A stretch of 64,000 nt of DNA from a virus: positions 10,299 through 74,298 of the IMG/VR virus record IMGVR_UViG_3300045976_000117; one strand, given 5' to 3'. Within the stretch, counting starts at the first letter, position 1. The number at the start of each line of letters is the position of its first letter. This document shows, piece after piece, positions 19,932 through 29,368 of the stretch. The notes under the pieces are model-generated. The model saw only the letters and a program-made list of their open reading frames with translations. It ran no database searches and had not been told where the DNA came from. Position numbers and translations under genes: made by a program.

Positions 19932-20446
19932 TGGCCAATGAGGAGTACCGTGATCCTGTCATTAACCCTGCTAACGATCCGGCATTGAGCCCCCACGCTG
20001 AGATGCTGGCGGATGCACAATCCGCGGATGCTGCCCTGGCTGAACGTGTCGAGGCCTTGCGTAAAACTCTGTCAAAACTTCCACAAGAAATCACGGATCT
20101 CAAGAACGAACAGAAGTCTGTATGGAGCTGGCTCAAGGGCGGTGGTGTTCTTATCGCCTTCGACCTATTAGTGACCATTGCTGGCGTGATCTTCGGTATT
20201 TACCTGCATCGGGTGCAGAACAATAACGAGGCTCTTATTGAGCAAGTGCAAAACAACCAGACGCGGCTAAACACTAGTATTCATGAGACGTGCAACCTGT
20301 ACGGCACATTTTTGGGTTTCTATTCGGATGCTGCTAAGGCTCGATTCGTGGGTGGTCCGGCTCAGTACGACCAGTTATATCTGACTCTGCAAAGCAGCTC
20401 TGATCGTTTGCAGTGCGGCACGAAGCACGTAGTACCGAGAACCTAA
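19931..20446 (+). CDS. Membrane protein (lysis region)
   Basis: Central TM helix flanked by coiled coils; two C-terminal Cys. Confidence 0.65.
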   Translation: MANEEYRDPVINPANDPALSPHAEMLADAQSADAALAERVEALRKTLSKLPQEITDLKNEQKSVWSWLKGGGVLIAFDLLVTIAGVIFGIYLHRVQNNNEALIEQVQNNQTRLNTSIHETCNLYGTFLGFYSDAAKARFVGGPAQYDQLYLTLQSSSDRLQCGTKHVVPRT

Positions 20447-20681
20447 GGGGAATGATGAAAAAGCTCATCAAATGGGTTGCCGAATGGAAACTGATTAAAA
20501 CAGCACTGAGGAAACTCCGTGGTGATGGTAATGAGAATACTCGTAGCAACTCCTGATCCGGAACCTGAGCGGCAGTGGCCTTGGCCATCATTAAGTATTA
20601 ATTACGCTACCGGGGGATTCTCTCTTACTTGGCCTCCTCCTGCCACAAGCAATTCTTTGTTCCGAGGGAGCATGTATTCCT

Positions 20682-21557
20682 ATGATTCCATCGCCAAACT
20701 ATCAGAGCCGGGGGAGTGCTAGAGTTAGACTGATCGTACTGCATACTGCCGAAGGTGCTCGAGATGTTGTCAGTCTTGGCAGATACTTGCAGAATCCTTC
20801 AGTTCAGGCGTCCTATCATATAGCATTTGATGATAGTCAGATGATGCAATATGTGGACTATCAGTACGAATCATGGGCCACATTGTCGGCAAATCCGATT
20901 TCAGACAGCGGATGCTGTTGTGGTTTCGCCGCGTGGACTCGGGATCAGTGGCTGAATAGTCATAAGAACATGCTCGAGTTAGCGGCTCAGTGGGTAGCTG
21001 CTCGGTGCAAAGCTCGAAGTGTGCCCATTCGACACTTATCACTATCAGAAGTCGCCGCGTGCAAGGCAAACCCTGATCATCCGGGCGGCGTGATCGGACA
21101 TTGGGACTGGACTCGAGGGGCACAAGACGGCACACATACCGATCCTGGCGAAAATTTCCCATGGGATTGGGTCATCACTCGTGCTCAGCAGATTGCCGGA
21201 CAAACCACGGACACCGCGGAGGAATCGATGGTCTACAACAGGGAGATCGCAGGTACGGGCAAAATCATCTGGAATTGTCCGACCGGCTCCGCGGCTGCCG
21301 ATCAGCGTGATTCTTGGGTGTCGGCCTCAGTTCTTGACGCTACCGGGCCTGTGTGGGTTCAGGTATTTGTGCAGAGTGATACGTCTGGTATCACATCATG
21401 GAAATGGGCAGATGCCGACTTACATCAATCTTCGTCAAATCTCTACAAGCGGCCATATCGACAACTGGCCAGCGGAGCTACGAAGTTGATTATCAGTTGG
21501 GACGTGACCGCCTCTGCTGGTGGCACGATCTGTCTAGAAACCAAACCACAAGGTTAG
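20682..21557 (+). CDS. Endolysin, N-acetylmuramoyl-L-alanine amidase (Amidase_2)
   Basis: IVLHTAEG, ASYH, GH...HTDPG.NFPWD zinc-amidase motifs. Confidence 0.9.
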   Translation: MIPSPNYQSRGSARVRLIVLHTAEGARDVVSLGRYLQNPSVQASYHIAFDDSQMMQYVDYQYESWATLSANPISDSGCCCGFAAWTRDQWLNSHKNMLELAAQWVAARCKARSVPIRHLSLSEVAACKANPDHPGGVIGHWDWTRGAQDGTHTDPGENFPWDWVITRAQQIAGQTTDTAEESMVYNREIAGTGKIIWNCPTGSAAADQRDSWVSASVLDATGPVWVQVFVQSDTSGITSWKWADADLHQSSSNLYKRPYRQLASGATKLIISWDVTASAGGTICLETKPQG

Positions 21558-21561
21558 TCTC

Positions 21562-21966
21562 GTGCGCCGGTCACGGCCACTCAGATCTATCTTGATTGCC
21601 TGGCACATCACCACGGCTGCCGGATGGTTTGCGCTGCTAGCTGTGCAGGTCATCGTGCCGTGGCAGGATCTTAAAATCTACTTGCTCGAGACCGTTGCTA
21701 TCGCCGTAGTTACCGGCCTCTGGTTGGCCTTGGGTAGTCGAATAGGTCTGTTCCGGCATTGGTGGATGATCGGCAAGCTGCTAGGCACCATGGGACTTCT
21801 AACCCTAGGTGGTCTGACTCTGAGAGGTCATACAGTGCCCTACGGTCGATGGGCCGGTCTCATGACACTCTGGCTGCTTGTCTGGCTGTCCGTGGCCCGG
21901 CCAGTCGGCAAGACACCTTACGGCCGGAGGGTTGCCCACCGTGGGCGACATGGAAGCAGTACGTAA
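21562..21966 (+). CDS. Multi-pass membrane protein (DUF2269-like)
   Basis: Four hydrophobic segments; GLFRHWW..GKL and LSVARP.GKT motifs. Confidence 0.6.
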   Translation: MRRSRPLRSILIAWHITTAAGWFALLAVQVIVPWQDLKIYLLETVAIAVVTGLWLALGSRIGLFRHWWMIGKLLGTMGLLTLGGLTLRGHTVPYGRWAGLMTLWLLVWLSVARPVGKTPYGRRVAHRGRHGSST

Positions 21967-22262
21967 GGGAGTCCAGAGAGAGGTACGCCAATCTGTGACC
22001 AAACCAGCCCGTCACGCTCTCTCTGGCTCTTCAGATCGTTGATCCTTATCCTGGCTGTCCGGTCCCCCTTGAGGTAGAAGTGCAAGAAGATACCGGCCAA
22101 TTCACAGCCAACCGACATGCTGTGATCTTCTTGCCTCTTGGTTATCCCTGTCGTCTGGTCCTACCTCAAGTCTAGGCGCGGGAGGAGCTTCGCTCATCTT
22201 AGGAGGGTGGCTCGGTGGGGAGGTCCCCTCCGTATCTGGCCTACCAGTCCCGCGCCTGCATC

Positions 22263-22445
22263 CTAGCGGCGACTGTGACAATCATCAGAGTCATGGGGCC
22301 CAGGAGCTACCCGGCCGTCCGCGGTGATATTGGACAGTCGAGTTGCCCCGTCGTCACGACGTATGGTCATAGCCACCTTGCTGCCGCATGATTCACACGG
22401 CTCAGGCGTTGTGACAATGTCAACCGGTCGTCGTCTTAATCCCAT
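22263..22445 (-). CDS. Hypothetical protein with CxxC
   Basis: AAGGA RBS; co-oriented with the upstream gene. Confidence 0.5.
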   Translation of the reverse strand: MGLRRRPVDIVTTPEPCESCGSKVAMTIRRDDGATRLSNITADGRVAPGPHDSDDCHSRR

Positions 22446-22460
22446 GTTCTTTCTTCCTTT

Positions 22461-22988
22461 CTAGGCAACCTGCCGTACCAACTTCCGGCGTTCTGCCGGA
22501 GTCATGCCTCCGGCGATGGCGTAAGCATCATCAGTGGTAATGGCCCACTCGAGGCACTCAGCCGAGACGGGGCATTCCCGACACACGGCCTTAGCTGCCC
22601 TCATGTTCGGTCGGTTACCAGGCTGCGACCACATGGTGTCAATCGGGAAGAAAATCGACTTGTCTTCCACATCCCGGCAAGCTGCCTTGTGGCGCCAGTC
22701 CTTCTCGTACATCGGAATTACCCTCCTCTCGAGCCAACAGATAGGACAACGTTGTGATGCGCCGTTACGCTTGAGCTCGCGCTCTCGGTAACGGTCTCCT
22801 TTCCATACCCGTGCTAGTTCCCAGGTAATACCCTCCGCGGCTGCCACTTGAAGTAGGCGAGCTCCATGAACTTTACCGTGCTGCCCTAGCCGATCAGCTA
22901 GATTCAATGCCCATCCTGTGTAGTGCTTTGCGTGTTTGAATGGACGATGAAAATGCAGCAGGTAGATATATCCCTGGACGTTTCGCAC
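22461..22988 (-). CDS. whiB: GIY-YIG-like domain fused in frame to a WhiB-family transcription factor
   Basis: N-terminal YIYLLHF...HYTG...RL.QH...GARLL; C-terminal W..KAAC...FFP...AKAVCRECPV..ECL...IAGG; internal AGGAGG RBS with ATG at 22712. Confidence 0.85.
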   Translation of the reverse strand: MRNVQGYIYLLHFHRPFKHAKHYTGWALNLADRLGQHGKVHGARLLQVAAAEGITWELARVWKGDRYRERELKRNGASQRCPICWLERRVIPMYEKDWRHKAACRDVEDKSIFFPIDTMWSQPGNRPNMRAAKAVCRECPVSAECLEWAITTDDAYAIAGGMTPAERRKLVRQVA

Positions 22989-23005
22989 GGTACTTCTTTC
23001 TTAAA

Positions 23006-23227
23006 TTATTTATTTGGCCATGATGGTAGTTTTCTGAGGTCGATTATTTCATAAGGTTGCCAACCCTGCCCATCACGTTCGTCAACGAAAACCTCACAAA
23101 TTGGTAGACGATGTTCGAGTCCCTCAGCGGCCTCGGATATAACAATTTCGTATGCTTTTTTGCAGGACGTAGGCCGCCATGTTTGGCCGTCTCGTTCTAC
23201 TTTCCACAATTTCTTATTCATTTTCAT
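23006..23227 (-). CDS. Hypothetical protein
   Basis: AGGAG RBS; first gene after the leftward promoter. Confidence 0.65.
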   Translation of the reverse strand: MKMNKKLWKVERDGQTWRPTSCKKAYEIVISEAAEGLEHRLPICEVFVDERDGQGWQPYEIIDLRKLPSWPNK

Positions 23228-23247
23228 GCTCCTCTCATCTCCCGTCC

Positions 23248-23276
23248 ACGGTACCTAAGTTCCTAGGCACTGTCAA
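23248..23276 (-). promoter_or_regulatory. Sigma70/SigA-type promoter with a 20-bp operator in the spacer
   Basis: TTGACA-17 nt-TACCGT. Confidence 0.75.
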
Positions 23277-23295
23277 CCACCAACTAGGAGATCAT

Positions 23296-24291
23296 ATGGC
23301 TACAGCGCCGACACGCCATGTTGAGACTTTTACTCACCCCCATTATCGGCTAGGTCGACGGCCACATGACCCTGATCGACCAGTGCTCAAGCTCGGACCT
23401 TTACTGACTGGTGTGGTCCCCGACCATCCGGCCACCGTGGACCACCTTAATCTCATTCCTCCCTCGCGGTGGGGAATGCTCGGCAATGACAAGTACGGGG
23501 ACTGTGGTCCAGCAGATATCTTTCACGATCGAATGCTGGTAGCCAAGTACCTGGCTGATACCGACATCTACCCTGACGAGACGGCCACCCTCGATCTTTA
23601 CCGGCGCTCCGGCAACCCTAACTTTCCCCGTGATGACAATGGCGTTGTCATGGCCGACATGTTGAGCGAAGTACACAAGAATGGCATCAAGTGCGGCGGC
23701 AAGATGGTTACCTGCACCGCATACGCTCAGGTCAACGTCAATGACTTAGATGAAGTTCACGCGGCCATCGCCATCTTTGGTTCGTTGTCGACCGGTTCTG
23801 ATCTTCAGCAGATCCAGTCCGAGCAGACTGACGCTGGAGAGCCATGGGACTACGACCCGAACTCCGAGGAGTGGGGTGGACATGCCCACCTGACCGGCCG
23901 GTACGAATCCGGCACTTCAGGGCCTAGACCAGGGCTCGGGGGTGTGTCCTGGGGAGCGCCGGTCTCCTACACCGATCGATGGTGGGCGCACTGTGCCCAA
24001 GAGGCCTGGGTTGTCATCTGGCCGGAACATCTCACCAATCGCTCATTTCTGACTGGTGTTGATCAGAATCTACTGGCAAAGAACTACAAAATTCTGACCG
24101 GTCGTGATCTGCCAATAGCTCCAACACCGACTCCGAATCCAGTTCCAGCCGGGAATATCACTGCTGCACAGGACGCAGCAAACCACCAGTTTGCTTCAGC
24201 CGCGCACAACTGGCTGAAGTATTCACACGCGGGGACAAACCACCAGTTTGCCTCCGCGGTCAATCAGTGGCTCACAGCTTGGGGGCTGTAA
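23296..24291 (+). CDS. Papain-like cysteine peptidase
   Basis: AGGAG RBS; WGMLGND.YGDC (catalytic Cys), GGHA (His), VSWG; duplicated C-terminal NHQFASA..xWL. Confidence 0.75.
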   Translation: MATAPTRHVETFTHPHYRLGRRPHDPDRPVLKLGPLLTGVVPDHPATVDHLNLIPPSRWGMLGNDKYGDCGPADIFHDRMLVAKYLADTDIYPDETATLDLYRRSGNPNFPRDDNGVVMADMLSEVHKNGIKCGGKMVTCTAYAQVNVNDLDEVHAAIAIFGSLSTGSDLQQIQSEQTDAGEPWDYDPNSEEWGGHAHLTGRYESGTSGPRPGLGGVSWGAPVSYTDRWWAHCAQEAWVVIWPEHLTNRSFLTGVDQNLLAKNYKILTGRDLPIAPTPTPNPVPAGNITAAQDAANHQFASAAHNWLKYSHAGTNHQFASAVNQWLTAWGL

Positions 24292-24611
24292 TGAGCTCGT
24301 TGACCGATTTTCTAGAAATCATCCTGCAACCGTTATTTGCGGAGCGGGATCGGAGAATCACCAGATTGGAGAAACAAATGTCCGCATTTGATGACGCTCT
24401 GACCGAGCTCGATTCCGCGACGACTGACGTTGCTAATGAGCTTGAGTCTCTCAAGGGTCAGATTTCCGGCCTTGACTCTTCCCTGGCTGCTCGGCTTGAT
24501 GCGCCGATTGCTCGGCTCAAGGCCATGGCCAGTGACCCGAATAACGTAGACCCTAACCCGGTACCCACGCCGGAGCCAGGTCCCGTTAGTCCGTCTGACA
24601 CTGGCGTATGA
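24291..24611 (+). CDS. Coiled-coil protein with a Pro-rich tail
   Basis: TAATG coupling to the peptidase gene. Confidence 0.65.
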   Translation: MSSLTDFLEIILQPLFAERDRRITRLEKQMSAFDDALTELDSATTDVANELESLKGQISGLDSSLAARLDAPIARLKAMASDPNNVDPNPVPTPEPGPVSPSDTGV

Positions 24612-24621
24612 TCTAATGATT

Positions 24622-24660
24622 GAGGGAGGAGCCTTGGTAGCGGGCTCCTCCCTCTTTCCT
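24622..24660 (+). terminator. Intrinsic terminator at a convergent junction
   Basis: 12-bp stem GAGGGAGGAGCC/GGCTCCTCCCTC followed by TTT. Confidence 0.7.
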
Positions 24661-24993
24661 TATTTACCGTGACGAGTAGACAATTACTCTGCGACCATTC
24701 ACCATTCCTGTGTACTTACGCAGAGGCTTGCCATCCCGCGGAGACGGATCTCCCTCTTTCGGACCTTCAGGATCAGTCCAGCCAAGAGATTTCCAATCGA
24801 ATGTACTAGCCGTGTTTCTCACCTCCTCTTTAATCAGGTCGATTTGAGCCGGGCACTCCGGCGGCTCCCTTCATTGTCCAGGCTGGCTGTGCTGTGATCC
24901 GGCGCCCGTCAAGTCCCCGATAGACTCGCGTGTGCCGATCTTCGGCCTTGCTGTTTCTCCGCGGCATGCTATTACTCTATTCTTTCGTTCACC

Positions 24994-25503
24994 TTAAAAA
25001 TTTCCATCTGCAACTTGGAACGTAGTTATACCAAGTTGACGCCAGAGCTTGACTACCTGGTTGCGGTCATCGAACGCTGCCAATATGTTGTAGCGGTCTC
25101 GCACATGCTCATTGAACAGTTCTAGCTTAGCTTCCCAATCTGGGCGGTAGTCTCCATTCTTACGCATGTACAGAGCCCATGGGTACCCGTGAGGGATGAC
25201 GTGTCGATAGAGCCAATTCGAAGTAGCTTCTATGCATTTTACCGGCCGTCCGGACACAAAGACAGACACCAAACCACGGTTTACAACAAAAGATCGAATC
25301 ACCTCGATAACCGGCTTGTTAGGTAAATCATTGAGGCAGATGGTTTGATCGTACGGATCACGGCCATTGAGATTAGCAACTGTACCATCGATATCAATCA
25401 GTACGGCCTTGGATGTGTCAGGTAAAGCTACATAAGGCAGTACACCAGGATACATATCACACTTCGACTTTCTGATCATGTTTGATAACTGCGAGAGCCT
25501 CAT
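24994..25503 (-). CDS. HAD-family polynucleotide 3'-phosphatase (Pnkp C-terminal domain only); start may be 25455
   Basis: DIDGT, VSGR, MR..GDYRPD...K and FDDRNQVV.LWR motifs. Confidence 0.85.
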   Translation of the reverse strand: MRLSQLSNMIRKSKCDMYPGVLPYVALPDTSKAVLIDIDGTVANLNGRDPYDQTICLNDLPNKPVIEVIRSFVVNRGLVSVFVSGRPVKCIEATSNWLYRHVIPHGYPWALYMRKNGDYRPDWEAKLELFNEHVRDRYNILAAFDDRNQVVKLWRQLGITTFQVADGNF

Positions 25504-25687
25504 CTAAATCATAGAACAGCCCTACACGTGTAATTGGTACGTGATTTTGGTCAAGTTGAATAACCATATACGATGTGTGTACACCATCTGATATCTGATT
25601 GATCCGGTAATTTCTGATGACGACATAGCGGCACAAATGACCAGGCGGCCAGTCAAGATTATTCGGGTCAAGGATCCGGATGCTCAT
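25457..25687 (-). CDS. Hypothetical protein
   Basis: GAGG RBS before MSIRILD. Confidence 0.55.
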   Translation of the reverse strand: MSIRILDPNNLDWPPGHLCRYVVIRNYRINQISDGVHTSYMVIQLDQNHVPITRVGLFYDLDEALAVIKHDQKVEV

Positions 25688-25688
25688 T

Positions 25689-25820
25689 CTAGAGGTCCTC
25701 TCTATCGGTGGCTGGCATGAAAATACACACATTATCCCAGCCGCATATGGGACAAATACCGGCGATTACGAGCTCTGTTGGTCCTTCCCAGTTGCAATCT
25801 TGACATACGGCATATTCCAT
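25689..25820 (-). CDS. 43-aa Zn-ribbon protein
   Basis: GGAG RBS; MEYAVCQDCNW...CPICG; below the ORF-track cutoff. Confidence 0.55.
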   Translation of the reverse strand: MEYAVCQDCNWEGPTELVIAGICPICGWDNVCIFMPATDREDL

Positions 25821-25850
25821 CGTTCTCACTCCTCTTGTCTACTACATCGA

Positions 25851-25880
25851 ATCTTAGGTACTGGTCGTTACACCTGTCAA
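25851..25880 (-). promoter_or_regulatory. Sigma70-type promoter overlapped by a 20-bp operator
   Basis: TTGACA-18 nt-TAAGAT. Confidence 0.7.
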
Positions 25881-25892
25881 GGAGGAATTTCC

Positions 25893-26156
25893 ATGGCCAC
25901 TCCTGTTTCATCACCTGGCAACCCGCTCACTCAGGCCTGGGCTATCGGTACTCTTGACCGGCTGATCGGCACCTTCGTGGTGGCCTTCGTAGCGCTGATC
26001 GGTTTGGGTGCACCTGGCTTCGATGTGATGCACGTCGACTGGAAAGCGGCTCTTGCTGCCGCGGGGTCAGCCACCGCGTTGACCCTGGTCAAGTCCCTGA
26101 TTGCTGCCTTCGTTGGTGATACCGGCACCTCGAGCCTTCTGCCGGGCGGTAAGTGA
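25893..26156 (+). CDS. Holin (r1t-like family)
   Basis: AGGAGG RBS; DRLIGTF...VDWKAAL...LTLVKSL pattern; two TM helices. Confidence 0.8.
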   Translation: MATPVSSPGNPLTQAWAIGTLDRLIGTFVVAFVALIGLGAPGFDVMHVDWKAALAAAGSATALTLVKSLIAAFVGDTGTSSLLPGGK

Positions 26157-26195
26157 CACTACCTCGGATCTTAGGGTCTGTGTTACCATGCCAGT

Positions 26196-26513
26196 ATGGC
26201 AGAGACCAAACGTGAACCACTATTGACATACGAAGGTTATCGAGTAGCGGAAGCTCTCATGAGTGACATCAACGGAGAACATACCGGCTATCGCATCTCA
26301 CAGCAGACCGGAGTGAGCCAAGGAGCGATCTACCCACTGCTCCATCGATGGACCGAAGCGGGGTGGCTTGTTACCCGCGATGAGACTTCTGCGGAGCATG
26401 CCGCGCGGGCTGGTCGTAAGGGTCGCCTTCGCAAATTAATCACCGTGACCGAGCTCGGCCGTGAGAAGATTCCGGCCTACTGGCATCGCTGGCAGGAGCG
26501 AACCAGTGCGTAA
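26196..26513 (+). CDS. PadR-family transcriptional regulator
   Basis: GY.I...TG...GAIYPLL.R...AGWL...R....T..G winged helix; TACCAT -10 box 6 nt upstream suggests a leaderless transcript. Confidence 0.85.
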   Translation: MAETKREPLLTYEGYRVAEALMSDINGEHTGYRISQQTGVSQGAIYPLLHRWTEAGWLVTRDETSAEHAARAGRKGRLRKLITVTELGREKIPAYWHRWQERTSA

Positions 26514-27108
26514 ACTCATCATCCCTGCAGTGGCGACTGGGCTGCTCTTGACCGGCTGTGGTCCGGCAAATAATCATCCCGCTACGGAGTTCACCAGCTC
26601 TGCTCAAGGTACGACGGCTCCGGCCACAATAGATGCCATCCGAGCTCAAACCGGCAAGCCCTGCCACGCTCGCCACGTCAACGAAGCTGATCCGGAAGCC
26701 TGGGAACCTGACCTGGCGTGTACGCCCGGCAAGGCTAATCCCGCAGTGACCATCGGCCAGCTATGCCCCGTAGCCCACACACGCCAGTGGCGCGTTGACA
26801 TCAGCAAGCAGAAAAAAGAAGCTCTTGCTCGTTACGACTACATAGACAGCCAGGGCAACCATCCGCAGACTTTGGCCAGCACTGAAGGCGATCATGCTGT
26901 GGCGCTGGTCGATGGTGGGGACCCTACGGCGCCGGAGAACATCTGGGCTGAACCGGAGCTTGGTCATCCGAACGAGAAAGACAAGGTAGAGGTGGCAGCG
27001 CACGCAGCGCTGTGTCGTGGTGCGATGACACTCCCACAGGTGCAAGCTGGCCTTGCTACCGATTGGTACGGGCTTGGTCAGCGACTTGGAGTCATCAAAA
27101 CTGATTGA
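26506..27108 (+). CDS. Lipoprotein with an HNH-like domain
   Basis: Lipobox LTGC; EGDH.V.L..GG.P...ENIW.EP...KD..E......C.G motif. Confidence 0.7.
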   Translation: MRKLIIPAVATGLLLTGCGPANNHPATEFTSSAQGTTAPATIDAIRAQTGKPCHARHVNEADPEAWEPDLACTPGKANPAVTIGQLCPVAHTRQWRVDISKQKKEALARYDYIDSQGNHPQTLASTEGDHAVALVDGGDPTAPENIWAEPELGHPNEKDKVEVAAHAALCRGAMTLPQVQAGLATDWYGLGQRLGVIKTD

Positions 27109-27185
27109 TCACCCACTCAGAGTAATTACATTGACTGATACGTCCTACTGATGACGTATCAGCTCCCCCAATTGGCGCTAGTGGT

Positions 27186-27437
27186 ATGTCTACCGTGCGT
27201 GCTACTACTGTGCAAATGCACGTGCGAACGCACTTAGCTTCTGGGGGAAATTGCATCGTGTCTTGGGTGACCGATGTCTTGCGCCGTGAGCATTGGGTGA
27301 CCGACGACGCGATGACCCTGGGTAAGATCATTGGCACGTACGTAGGCATCTGTGGTCAAGAATTTTTACCGGCCAGCCTGACGGAGCCCCCGCGGGGGAG
27401 ATGTGTGGTATGTGTGAAGTCTCACCTTTTCCCATGA
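27186..27437 (+). CDS. Putative zinc-binding protein
   Basis: H...CG......L..PP...CxxC pattern. Confidence 0.6.
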   Translation: MSTVRATTVQMHVRTHLASGGNCIVSWVTDVLRREHWVTDDAMTLGKIIGTYVGICGQEFLPASLTEPPRGRCVVCVKSHLFP

Positions 27438-27478
27438 TTTTACCCGTTTAGCGGGACAGGAAACGGGCAGGAAGCGAC

Positions 27479-27847
27479 ATGATACGAGTCATGCCCGCGG
27501 AGTCTCAGTTTGAATTTTCAGAAAGTCTACCTTTTCCTGAGATAGATCTTTCTCGTTTGGTTGATGGCACTATTGTCACCATCGCAGTGGCTGGTGATAT
27601 TGATCTAACCACGGCTGCAATCATTCGTCGTCATCTCCAGCGCACACTCCGATCACCTCCGTCCAGACTTATTATTGATCTGACTAAAGTGACTTTTCTA
27701 GGGTCAGAAGGTATAGCTTTGCTTATTGATCTACACAAGGTTGCGACAGCACTCGGCACGGTTGTCGTACTGCGAGGAACGACGCGCAGAGTAACACATC
27801 AGATACTACGAGTGACCGGACTGACGAGTATGTTTGTGGTAGAGTGA
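27479..27847 (+). CDS. STAS-domain anti-sigma factor antagonist
   Basis: V.GDIDL.TA...LIIDL..VTFLGS.G with the conserved phospho-Ser; L.VTGL. Confidence 0.9.
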   Translation: MIRVMPAESQFEFSESLPFPEIDLSRLVDGTIVTIAVAGDIDLTTAAIIRRHLQRTLRSPPSRLIIDLTKVTFLGSEGIALLIDLHKVATALGTVVVLRGTTRRVTHQILRVTGLTSMFVVE

Positions 27848-27882
27848 CAGATGCATCACTGTTTTCCCTTTCCACTTCAGGT

Positions 27883-27918
27883 AACGGGCCTGGCTCTTCG
27901 GAGTCGGGCCCGTTTTTT
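27883..27918 (+). terminator. Intrinsic terminator
   Basis: GC-rich stem with a TTCG loop followed by T6. Confidence 0.85.
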
Positions 27919-27952
27919 CATGCCCAGATACTCCCGGTAACCTGCACTGCCT

Positions 27953-28297
27953 GTGACGGGGAGGCACTCATCGATACCACGGCGACGGGGCTGGCTGGTC
28001 TGTGCTCAGGTAGGGGTCGACCCGATCAGCCATCCAAGCAACATCCGAGAGTGCCGGGACCCAAACTGTGATGATCCTCCAGTACAGGTATGGGTCTCCG
28101 CAGGGAGAAGCTCTGAGCTAGTCGACTCCGGCGAGTTGTGGCCCCGTTGCCCCACATGCTGGACTGAGGCTGGCCAGCTTGCCACGTTGCACCCTGAGAC
28201 GATTGCTGAGCTTCGTAGCATGCGCCGGTTGGACGCAGGCTGGCGCCGGGTTGGCGAGCTCAACGCGGCGCTCGAGGAGTGGACAACGGAACAATAA
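27953..28297 (+). CDS. Hypothetical Cys-containing protein
   Basis: ORF with CxxxxC and CxxC; start uncertain. Confidence 0.45.
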   Translation: MTGRHSSIPRRRGWLVCAQVGVDPISHPSNIRECRDPNCDDPPVQVWVSAGRSSELVDSGELWPRCPTCWTEAGQLATLHPETIAELRSMRRLDAGWRRVGELNAALEEWTTEQ

Positions 28298-28473
28298 CCA
28301 GAACTACTATTCGCTATTCTCTCCAAGATCGTACGCTATACCTATCGCAACACCTAAAATCACCGTAATCAGAGCAATGGTTAATAAGTGATGACTAGCT
28401 TCGAGGAAATCAATAAGAAGTATTATGAATATAGCTGACACTATGCCGAGAAGTGATTTCTTTACAAACGGAG

Positions 28474-28686
28474 TCATCGGTACAGACTCCTTACATATGA
28501 CCGGGTGCAGTCATTTTGTCCTAGATAGTAAAGTCTCTTACCTATCCGCCGATCGACTTCTTTCTGATCTTCATCAAGTTCGTCCCATTCCACTAGCCAT
28601 GACGGCTTAGGGTTGGACTGTTGACGAGCCCACTCAAGCCATATTTTTCGTACTTCCTGGCCAAGCTGCTCTCTACTTTTTACCAT
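28474..28686 (-). CDS. Hypothetical protein
   Basis: GGAG RBS; LVEWDELDEDQKEVDR motif. Confidence 0.65.
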   Translation of the reverse strand: MVKSREQLGQEVRKIWLEWARQQSNPKPSWLVEWDELDEDQKEVDRRIGKRLYYLGQNDCTRSYVRSLYR

Positions 28687-29114
28687 GGCTCCGCTCCTAC
28701 TCCCATAATCTCGGCAAACATGTCCTCGTCGTCAATCGTGATATTAAGCCTATGATTCTGGTGTCCTGGTCTGCACACAGGATCGTAGAGTAAATCTCTG
28801 AACGCTGCCAAGGAGAACCGATCAGACTCCGCGGTGATAAAATCTCCATCTCCAGCGTCCGGCCCTGAGGTCACAAAAAATAAATTGTTTACAGACGCAG
28901 GTATTACTAGCGGGTTAGTGTTTCGTTCGCCAGTCATCACCCAATAGATCTCATCATCCTCGCGGTAGAGAGGGTAGCGACCTGGCTGCACAACAATCTC
29001 CGGACGGCACACACTGTTATCACCGGGGGTGATGGGGTACACGCGGAGCCGAGTGATTTCTATAGTGCCGATTTTGGCAACGCTTTCCACCAAGTATCTC
29101 CTTCCGCCAGCCAA
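28680..29114 (-). CDS. Hypothetical protein
   Basis: Part of the leftward operon; start uncertain. Confidence 0.6.
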   Translation of the reverse strand: MAGGRRYLVESVAKIGTIEITRLRVYPITPGDNSVCRPEIVVQPGRYPLYREDDEIYWVMTGERNTNPLVIPASVNNLFFVTSGPDAGDGDFITAESDRFSLAAFRDLLYDPVCRPGHQNHRLNITIDDEDMFAEIMGVGAEPW

Positions 29115-29368
29115 TCAGAATGGCCAGCAACGGGTCTGAGCTTCGTGTCATACGATCTGTGCCGATGAGGTCGAGGGTACGGTCAGTGCTTAAAATCTCC
29201 TTTATGGTATCCATGCTTTTCTATCGCGGTATGCTTCTATTCTGTTACTGATCTGTTCCTTTTTTATTTGTAATAATATCCCAGCTAGGGCAATCATCGT
29301 GGCAAGGTTCGCCAGCGTCAGCACCGCACCAGTGACATCCGCAATCCATATTTTTCATATCTTCCATT

